Shown here: positions 1 through 5,734 of the stretch, piece by piece
Layout: each line of letters opens with the position of its first letter
Position numbering within the stretch: the first letter of the stretch is position 1
Source of the DNA: Escherichia coli
Lineage (GTDB): Bacteria; Pseudomonadota; Gammaproteobacteria; Enterobacterales; Enterobacteriaceae
Strand: one strand, 5' to 3'
DNA length: 64,000 bases
NCBI RefSeq assembly: GCF_965641715.1
Contig: NZ_OZ282453.1
Program-made: the position numbers and the translations under genes
The notes under the pieces: model-generated
What the model was told of the DNA's origin: nothing
The model's database searches: none
The model's input: only the letters and a program-made list of their open reading frames with translations

Positions 1-596
1 TAGGGGTAACCTGTAGGGATGTACCACCCACCTTAAAATAAAGGGGTAAAATCGCTTAGAATGCGTTACAGAGCGTCTGAGAAGCCATATTCACAGATTT
101 TACTAAAACCTCAGACTTCTAAGTGGTCTTTTTAACAGGAGGGTTCTTTCTCATGTATCACCCTCTCTTCCCGCCAAGTAAGCTACACAGACCTAGAGAA
201 TATGCCTTCACAGCATCTATATCAGGTCAGATTTAGAGGTCTTGATAGAATCTTCAAAGGTACTTGACAGATAACTATGAAGTTGTTAGGAAGGGGTGTT
301 TAACGGGGGAAGAGATACGATATAACCCGAAGGGGAGAGTATCATCTTAACAGTGATTGTAAGAGTAAAACTGAAAAGATACTTAACAGAACTACCAAGA
401 GGGAGCGATAAGACCAGAGGTAGTGACCTGTTAAACAGTTCGTTTCAAAGCTCTTAAGAGTCTGTTAAGTAAGGTCATGTGAACAATCATATCATTTTGT
501 CAATGCTTTTGTCTTTGACCTAAATCAATAAAATGTATCGTTTGATGTGCTTTTAAACAAAATAGTTAAAAATCTTTTTAGAGGGGCGCTTCGCTT

Positions 597-1265
597 GTGT
601 CACATCCAATAATCCATATCGGTCGTTATCATGGTGGTTCTGATGACTGGCGTACACCGTATCGTCTATTTCATAACCTGCATCGTGAGTATAGCTTCAG
701 TCTAGATGGCGCTGCAACTGAGCATGACGCATTGTTGCCACGGTTCACCGATGATATAAACCGTCAATCATGGGTTGGTGAACGGGTCTTCGTTAACCCG
801 CCGTTTAGCATGGCTGAACAGTTCCTCGCAAAAGCCCCTGAAGCTGATGTGTGTGTATGTCTGGTTCCGCACAGGTCAAAGACAACTTACTGGCTTCGGT
901 GTGTATATACAAACCCCTTCCTGCATGAGATTCGAACATTACACCGAGCGGTTAAATACCTTCCACCAGCAGGAAAGAGAGGTGTTGTAGCGCGTTCACC
1001 ATTTGCAAGCTGTGTTTTGATATACAGGAACACACCCCGTAAACCGAAGGTTGAAATTACCCAGACAATCTATTGTGGCGACACAATGCTTTTACTTGCC
1101 GTGGTTAATAGGGGTGGTTTACGTGGAAGACCTCATATACACGATGCACAGACGCTTGACAGGTTGATTAAAATGCATGACCAAGGGCAATCCGTCAAGA
1201 GTATCGCAGAATCGCTAAGAATGCCTCTAAGCACCACTTACAGGATTGTTCAAAGGTTGAGCTAA
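597..1265 (+). CDS. Phage Dam-family DNA N6-adenine methyltransferase with C-terminal HTH-like segment
   Basis: GTG start with GAGGGG RBS about 11 nt upstream; WRTP...GERVFVNPPFS motif typical of phage Dam-type MTases; C-terminal QSVKSIAESLRMPLSTTYRIVQRL resembles an HTH. Confidence 0.6.
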   Translation: MSHPIIHIGRYHGGSDDWRTPYRLFHNLHREYSFSLDGAATEHDALLPRFTDDINRQSWVGERVFVNPPFSMAEQFLAKAPEADVCVCLVPHRSKTTYWLRCVYTNPFLHEIRTLHRAVKYLPPAGKRGVVARSPFASCVLIYRNTPRKPKVEITQTIYCGDTMLLLAVVNRGGLRGRPHIHDAQTLDRLIKMHDQGQSVKSIAESLRMPLSTTYRIVQRLS

Positions 1266-1300
1266 AATTCTCATATAGAGCACTGATTATGAGAATGTTA

Positions 1301-1333
1301 AAGAGGCGATTTCCCCTTTCTGGGGTTATTCGC
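1301..1333 (+). repeat. About 30-nt element containing CCCCTTTCTGGGG hairpin followed by T-run (copy 1); possible MTase terminator
   Basis: aagaggcgatttcccctttctggggttattcgcttttt; a near copy occurs at 1521..1552. Confidence 0.4.
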
Positions 1334-1520
1334 TTTTTACTGGAAGGGTTATTTTACAGAGGTTTTTCAAACCCCCTCAATAATAAAAAACGAGCAACAA
1401 ACGAAGAGCGAGAAATAAAATATTGAGACTGGTGAACGGGGTCTGTAAAGATTGTTTAAGAAGTCGGTTTAGGGATTGGTAGATGATTCGGATGAAGCAT
1501 CCTCATAACAATACCAATTA

Positions 1521-1552
1521 GAAGGTGGCTCTCCCTTTCTGGGGATATCGCC
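1521..1552 (+). repeat. About 30-nt element containing CCCTTTCTGGGG hairpin (copy 2)
   Basis: gaaggtggctctccctttctggggatatcgcc, similar to 1301..1333. Confidence 0.4.
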
Positions 1553-1575
1553 TTGTATCTTAGTGAGTCCAGGAA

Positions 1576-1760
1576 GTTCTCTGTGAAGGGACTTGTCAGT
1601 CCTTTATATTGGCTAATTACAACTTATTGAAAAATAAGCATTTTTAGAAATCACTGTTAAGGTTACAGAGTTCTCTGTGAAGAGACTCGTCAGCTCTCTA
1701 TATTGGCTAATTACAACTCATTGAAAAATAAGCATTTTTAGAAATTGCTGTCAGAGAGGT
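1576..1760. repeat. Tandem direct repeat, 2 copies of about 94 bp (about 90 percent identical)
   Basis: gttctctgtgaag(g/a)gact(t/c)gtcag...tattggctaattacaac...ttgaaaaataagcatttttagaaat occurs at 1576 and again at 1670. Confidence 0.8.
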
Positions 1761-1833
1761 GAGTACTTGATAGATACAGCTTTCCGGTTCTGTCAAGATA
1801 TTTTTTAATAGATAGCACAAAATGCTAAAGATA

Positions 1834-1863
1834 CCCCTATACCATCACGTACAGGGGGTTTTG
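1834..1863 (+). terminator. Hairpin plus T-run (intrinsic terminator-like), between repeat region and minus-strand small genes
   Basis: cccctataccatcacgtacaggggg followed by ttttg. Confidence 0.35.
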
Positions 1864-1871
1864 AAGGGAGT

Positions 1872-2060
1872 TTAACGGGGTTCTGTGTGGTTATCTGTTC
1901 TGGTCCTGTCCTTGAGGTCAAATGACCATTCACGACCAAACAATCTGAACACGATAAACACCCGAACGATGAAATAGCGGAGCAGAAGACCTGCAATCAG
2001 CCCAACACCTCCACCAGCCCATACATCAGGTGACCCCAGCTCAGGAGGGAGATTTACCAT
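1872..2060 (-). CDS. Small predicted membrane protein (62 aa), unknown function
   Basis: Internal ATG with AGGAA RBS; single hydrophobic helix WAGGGVGLIAGLLLRYFIVRVFIVF; start overlaps the stop of the upstream 34-aa ORF (TAATG). Confidence 0.35.
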   Translation of the reverse strand: MVNLPPELGSPDVWAGGGVGLIAGLLLRYFIVRVFIVFRLFGREWSFDLKDRTRTDNHTEPR

Positions 2061-2164
2061 TAAATTTCCTGTGTGCAATGCAATACCATGTGACATACAT
2101 AGTTGATTCGGTTAGTTGGGCTTGTACCAACCCCTATCGAATAAACCTCATAGCCACGCTTCAT
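2060..2164 (-). CDS. Small ORF (34 aa) translationally coupled to the 62-aa membrane protein
   Basis: ATG preceded by GAGGGGGAA RBS immediately downstream of a minus-strand promoter; MKRGYEVYSIGVGTSPTNRINYVCHMVLHCTQEI. Confidence 0.25.
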   Translation of the reverse strand: MKRGYEVYSIGVGTSPTNRINYVCHMVLHCTQEI

Positions 2165-2186
2165 ATTTCCCCCTCTCTCATAAACC

Positions 2187-2216
2187 ATTATACCACAAAT
2201 GTTACGAAATTGTTAA
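2187..2216 (-). promoter_or_regulatory. Sigma70-like promoter (TTAACA, 18 nt spacer, TATAAT) on minus strand
   Basis: Reverse complement reads ttaacaatttcgtaacatttgtggtataat; drives the 34-aa and 62-aa ORFs. Confidence 0.45.
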
Positions 2217-2222
2217 AAATAC

Positions 2223-2251
2223 TTGACATTAGTCTTTGAAAATGCTAGTAT
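2223..2251 (+). promoter_or_regulatory. Sigma70-like promoter (TTGACA, 17 nt spacer, TAGTAT) on plus strand
   Basis: ttgacattagtctttgaaaatgctagtat, about 50 nt upstream of the 2300 operon; back to back with the minus-strand promoter. Confidence 0.45.
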
Positions 2252-2299
2252 TGTATATAAGTTAACAGAGAATTAACAATTATAAGGACTAGCTTATGA

Positions 2300-2857
2300 A
2301 TGAACGACAGAGAATTTAGAGCGATGCTTCAGGCATCGAGACAACGTAACAGATACAACTCCTACAGCTACACAGACACCCCCACCAGCTACGAACTACC
2401 CAAGCTCACCAGAGCAGAACGCAAAGGCCTTGATGAATTAATTCGTAGCATTACGCCACGAGATAGATTTATGCCAACCAGAAAGAGCACGAAGAACACT
2501 ATTAAAAATTATCTGGCTAACTTTGACAGCTACGAACAATTACCAAGTAAGCTTGATGATGTAATTATCGGATTCTGTAGAAGTGAAGGTCACCCGAAAT
2601 ACAACAAAAAACTATTTTATCTTCTAAAGAATCTTGACGAAATTAACTCAGCCACCGTGACAAATCATCTTCAGCGTCAAGCAACCAGACTTAGCCATGA
2701 ATTACCAAGCGATAAATATTGCGCTTTGCTTGCTGTAATGTGCGCAAAGTTAATTGGTGTTGTTGAGCATCATATTGCCGTTGGAAATATTGAGCCAATG
2801 GAAAACGAGCAACCAGATTTCGAGTTTGACCCGTATTTAGTTACAGAGGAATTTTAA
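2300..2857 (+). CDS. Hypothetical phage protein (185 aa)
   Basis: ORF with AAGGA RBS; first gene of a coupled operon; no recognisable motif. Confidence 0.5.
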   Translation: MNDREFRAMLQASRQRNRYNSYSYTDTPTSYELPKLTRAERKGLDELIRSITPRDRFMPTRKSTKNTIKNYLANFDSYEQLPSKLDDVIIGFCRSEGHPKYNKKLFYLLKNLDEINSATVTNHLQRQATRLSHELPSDKYCALLAVMCAKLIGVVEHHIAVGNIEPMENEQPDFEFDPYLVTEEF

Positions 2858-3136
2858 ATGAAGAAACACACTTTGACCCGTATTTCAGAAGAAGCCTTTC
2901 ACGAGCTTACCCGAATTAAACAGACAACTAACCTCCCTCATCAAACTGTTATGCAGCTTGCAATTGCTAAAGAGGTTACTGAGTCGGATTTACTGAAATA
3001 TCCAGTCTCTAAAGGTCGTAAGCACATCCGAATTACTCAGGACGCTTTAGATACTTTGAAGGCACTTAACAACTTTAAAATTGATATCGCCCGACTATTG
3101 AGTATTAAGATTCACAAGTTAGCAATGGGGGTTTAA
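2858..3136 (+). CDS. Hypothetical protein (92 aa), possible ribbon-helix-helix DNA-binding fold
   Basis: ATG directly after upstream stop; N-terminal HTLTRISEEAFHELTRIKQ...QTVMQLAIAKEV fits a strand-helix-helix pattern (inference). Confidence 0.4.
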   Translation: MKKHTLTRISEEAFHELTRIKQTTNLPHQTVMQLAIAKEVTESDLLKYPVSKGRKHIRITQDALDTLKALNNFKIDIARLLSIKIHKLAMGV

Positions 3137-3351
3137 TGCTATGCGTTACCTTTGAATACCACACGGATAAAATGATTCGCTACATCTCCGACCTCCTGAT
3201 TGAAGGAAACGGATTCGGTGACATCCATAACTCAAAAGATATTTTCATTAAAGCCATTGGCCCAAATGAAGTACTGAAAACAGCAGTTAAACCGGAATGG
3301 TTTGAGCGTCACAAGATTGAATTAGGTTATTGGGGTGAGGAGGTTTTATGA
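3136..3351 (+). CDS. Hypothetical protein (71 aa)
   Basis: TAATG overlap with upstream gene; no recognisable motif. Confidence 0.4.
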   Translation: MLCVTFEYHTDKMIRYISDLLIEGNGFGDIHNSKDIFIKAIGPNEVLKTAVKPEWFERHKIELGYWGEEVL

Positions 3352-3635
3352 AACCTTGGCATGAAGATGTTAGACGATATTTTACAGAACACCTTATCTA
3401 TGATGAATCCAGTGATTCCCTGTGCTGGTCTGATGGAGAGTCAGTCACGATAAACACCGACGACTACGGCAACAAAACATTTAATATAGGCCGATATACT
3501 TTCTACGTGAAATATGTTGTCTGGTTCCTTTATCATGGCTATCAATCCAACAAGCAAATTATCCATCGAAATGGTAACAGAGCCGATACCAGACCAAAAA
3601 ATCTTATGCAAGTCCGAGACTTTAAGAGAAATTAG
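3348..3635 (+). CDS. Small HNH-family endonuclease (95 aa)
   Basis: ATGA overlap with upstream gene, GAGGAGG RBS; motif IHRNGNRADTRPKNL resembles the HNH_3-type H-x-NGN-x-D-x-R-x-x-NL signature. Confidence 0.55.
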   Translation: MKPWHEDVRRYFTEHLIYDESSDSLCWSDGESVTINTDDYGNKTFNIGRYTFYVKYVVWFLYHGYQSNKQIIHRNGNRADTRPKNLMQVRDFKRN

Positions 3636-3642
3636 AAAAACA

Positions 3643-3766
3643 GCTTCTCAGACGCTCTCAATCGCATTCTAACGCAAAAAACTATCTTATTTTAGGGTGG
3701 GTAATACCACTGTACAGGCTACCCCTGAAAAAGACTGTTTAGCTCGTTACAGAGCGATTGAGGAGG
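3643..3766. promoter_or_regulatory. Inverted pair of operator-like 10-bp-periodic motifs flanking about 75 bp upstream of the 3792 gene
   Basis: 3643..3672 (minus orientation) reads ttagaatgcgattgagagcgtctgagaagc; 3745..3766 reads cgttacagagcgattgaggagg; both are related to 56..85. Confidence 0.4.
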
Positions 3767-3791
3767 TCTGGTAAAAAGGAGATTTTAAGAA

Positions 3792-4121
3792 ATGAGAGAA
3801 TTAAACTTCCCACTACAGATTTTTATTGATACCGACACCGCCATGATGATTCAGGCTTTCACTGATGTAGGTGTTAGCATTGACTTTGATAAGTTGTTAG
3901 AGTTAATGACTGATAATGCGGAAAGCATCTCTGACTTTATTCAGTCGGTGGAGTTTAACGAGCCTCGAATGATGCTACCAATTAAAGACAGCAACATGAA
4001 AAGATTGGTTATCGAGCAAACGAACAAATTCAGCGTTAGCCCTGAAAAATATCTCAAGGCGGCTATAGCAATTTTGTACGCTGACAATATTTTGGTGACG
4101 GATTCGAAGGTGGTGCATTAA
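3792..4121 (+). CDS. Hypothetical acidic protein (109 aa)
   Basis: AAGGAG RBS; no recognisable motif. Confidence 0.5.
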   Translation: MRELNFPLQIFIDTDTAMMIQAFTDVGVSIDFDKLLELMTDNAESISDFIQSVEFNEPRMMLPIKDSNMKRLVIEQTNKFSVSPEKYLKAAIAILYADNILVTDSKVVH

Positions 4122-4186
4122 TGGAATTGGTGATTATCTGTTTTGTATTGATTGGTATGATTGCAGGTGCATCTATTAAAGTATAA
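4121..4186 (+). CDS. Tiny hydrophobic peptide (21 aa, MELVIICFVLIGMIAGASIKV), translationally coupled
   Basis: ATG overlaps TAA of upstream gene (TAATG); entirely hydrophobic single-helix peptide. Confidence 0.25.
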   Translation: MELVIICFVLIGMIAGASIKV

Positions 4187-4211
4187 ATGTTACCAATCTG
4201 TTAAAAATCTG

Positions 4212-4240
4212 TTGACAAATAACCTTGAGCATGACATAAT
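4212..4240 (+). promoter_or_regulatory. Near-consensus sigma70 promoter (TTGACA, 17 nt spacer, CATAAT)
   Basis: ttgacaaataaccttgagcatgacataat. Confidence 0.55.
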
Positions 4241-4246
4241 TGTATA

Positions 4247-4503
4247 TATATGAGGATAGTCTTCTATCCGAAGTCTATAGGGAGAGCAATTCTCCTTGAA
4301 TTAAAATATTAATCATCTCTACATCAATGATAACTATATTCTGAGTTGGTGAGGTATGTTCTATACCGAACATTCTGAAAGGTGCAATGCTTTTCGTCAT
4401 GGCCTTTCAGTTTAGTCTGAGAGGCTATCTCAAAAAGTGCTTAATCATTCATTCATTGAATCCTTTACAGCTTTGCCCTAATCATGAGTTAGGGCGTTTC
4501 TTT
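4247..4503 (+). ncRNA. Candidate small RNA or structured leader (about 255 nt) from promoter to first intrinsic terminator
   Basis: No ORF of 60 aa or more in about 460 nt; several stable hairpins (4254..4269, 4356..4373); ends at terminator 4475..4503. Confidence 0.3.
4475..4503 (+). terminator. Intrinsic terminator (7-bp GC-containing stem plus T-run)
   Basis: gccctaatcatgagttagggc then gtttcttt. Confidence 0.5.
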
Positions 4504-4574
4504 AAGAGTTTTAAGCAGAGCTTTTAAAGAAAGTTTTTCCTGAAACTTCGTTAACGTTATAAAGCAAACCTTCA

Positions 4575-4610
4575 AAGCCCTTCACAGATTCAATGTTTAG
4601 GGCTTTTCTT
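4575..4610 (+). terminator. Second hairpin plus T-run (terminator-like)
   Basis: aagcccttcacagattcaatgtttagggctt then ttctt. Confidence 0.4.
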
Positions 4611-4707
4611 AATAGAGCATCTTTAATAAATCGTTAAGTCATCTTCTAAGTGTATTGGCGTTGAAGGTGCTCTGTTAAGAAATAAACCACACTTAGAGGA
4701 AGTTATA

Positions 4708-5418
4708 ATGACAAACGATTTATATATTAACGGTAAAAAGGTTGATAGCTTCGGTGACTGGTCGCCACAGACTGAACATCCAGCTATCACTATTCAGCGC
4801 AAAGAACACGATGAAAGAATTGCACTTGAGCAAGAAATCCGAATGTCACCAAAGGTAATTTCCTTTGTGGCTCCTGAGCCTCAAGATATGCCGGATATTT
4901 GCAAAACTGAAGCATTGCTTGAGCTTGAAAAGAAATTTTACCCAGCTTTAAAAGCACAGCGTCTTAAACTAGATGACGCTTACAGTAAAGTTACCCTGAT
5001 GCAATCAGCTATTGAGCCATCAGAATTTGAGATTCAGGATGAATTGTCACAGAAACCATTTGTCTATTACCAATATGAAGACAATGATGGTTTTGGTACT
5101 TTTCCTGAGAATATCCCAGACGTGATTAATAATCCGATGGATGGATATCGAATTGTGAAGATGGTTAAGGCATCAAGAGGTGCTGGTCAGTTTATTTACA
5201 TGACTAATAAGAGCGATGAAGAACTCGCTGAACTTGCTAGACAGAACATCTTGGCATCACGTAACAAGCAGCTTGATAATGTTAAGTTGTATCTCTCAAG
5301 AGAGCTTCAGGCTATGAAAGACCTTGTGAAAGAATATGAAGATGCTAAGAAGATTGCTATGCAAGCCGATATTGAGCAGTTAGTGAAGATTTCTAGCAAA
5401 TATGCAAAGGCTATTTAA
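4708..5418 (+). CDS. Hypothetical phage protein (236 aa), charged with coiled-coil-like C-terminus
   Basis: GAGGAAG RBS; first gene of a co-directional module ending at 8794. Confidence 0.5.
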   Translation: MTNDLYINGKKVDSFGDWSPQTEHPAITIQRKEHDERIALEQEIRMSPKVISFVAPEPQDMPDICKTEALLELEKKFYPALKAQRLKLDDAYSKVTLMQSAIEPSEFEIQDELSQKPFVYYQYEDNDGFGTFPENIPDVINNPMDGYRIVKMVKASRGAGQFIYMTNKSDEELAELARQNILASRNKQLDNVKLYLSRELQAMKDLVKEYEDAKKIAMQADIEQLVKISSKYAKAI

Positions 5419-5437
5419 TTATGATGTGAGGTGAAGA

Positions 5438-5653
5438 ATGATTGATTTAACTGAACGCTATGAAGTTATTAAGTCTGTTTGTGAGAACTTAAAGCTTCAG
5501 ACTAAACCAAAGCTACGAATTAAAAATCAGCATCAAGTTATCACCTCACACAAACCAAAGGTTAGAAGGATTCCTTCATGGTGTATTGACCGTGTTCCTG
5601 CTGATGCTCAATTAATTGGTGAGTCTGGTTCTTACACTTATATCCTTCATTAA
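5438..5653 (+). CDS. Hypothetical phage protein (71 aa)
   Basis: GAGGTGAAG RBS; immediately upstream of the tape-measure-like gene. Confidence 0.45.
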   Translation: MIDLTERYEVIKSVCENLKLQTKPKLRIKNQHQVITSHKPKVRRIPSWCIDRVPADAQLIGESGSYTYILH

Positions 5654-5734
5654 AAATTACAAAGGGGAGAGATTAGCCTTAATTGGTTAGTCTTTCCCTT
5701 TTTCGTATATGAACACTTAAGAGGTGAAACATGA

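Noticed and set aside
1651-1667. LexA box-like CTGT...ACAG within the tandem repeat
   Set aside because: Spacing is CTGT-N7-ACAG rather than N8 and flanking bases do not fit the consensus; the genuine SOS box is the one at sulA (56471..56490).
1576-1760. CRISPR array or type III ToxI-like repeat array
   Set aside because: Only two copies of a 94-bp unit with no spacer-repeat alternation, no cas genes and no adjacent toxin ORF.
4212-4707. Retron ncRNA (msr/msd)
   Set aside because: No reverse transcriptase gene nearby, and the downstream proteins lack RT motifs.
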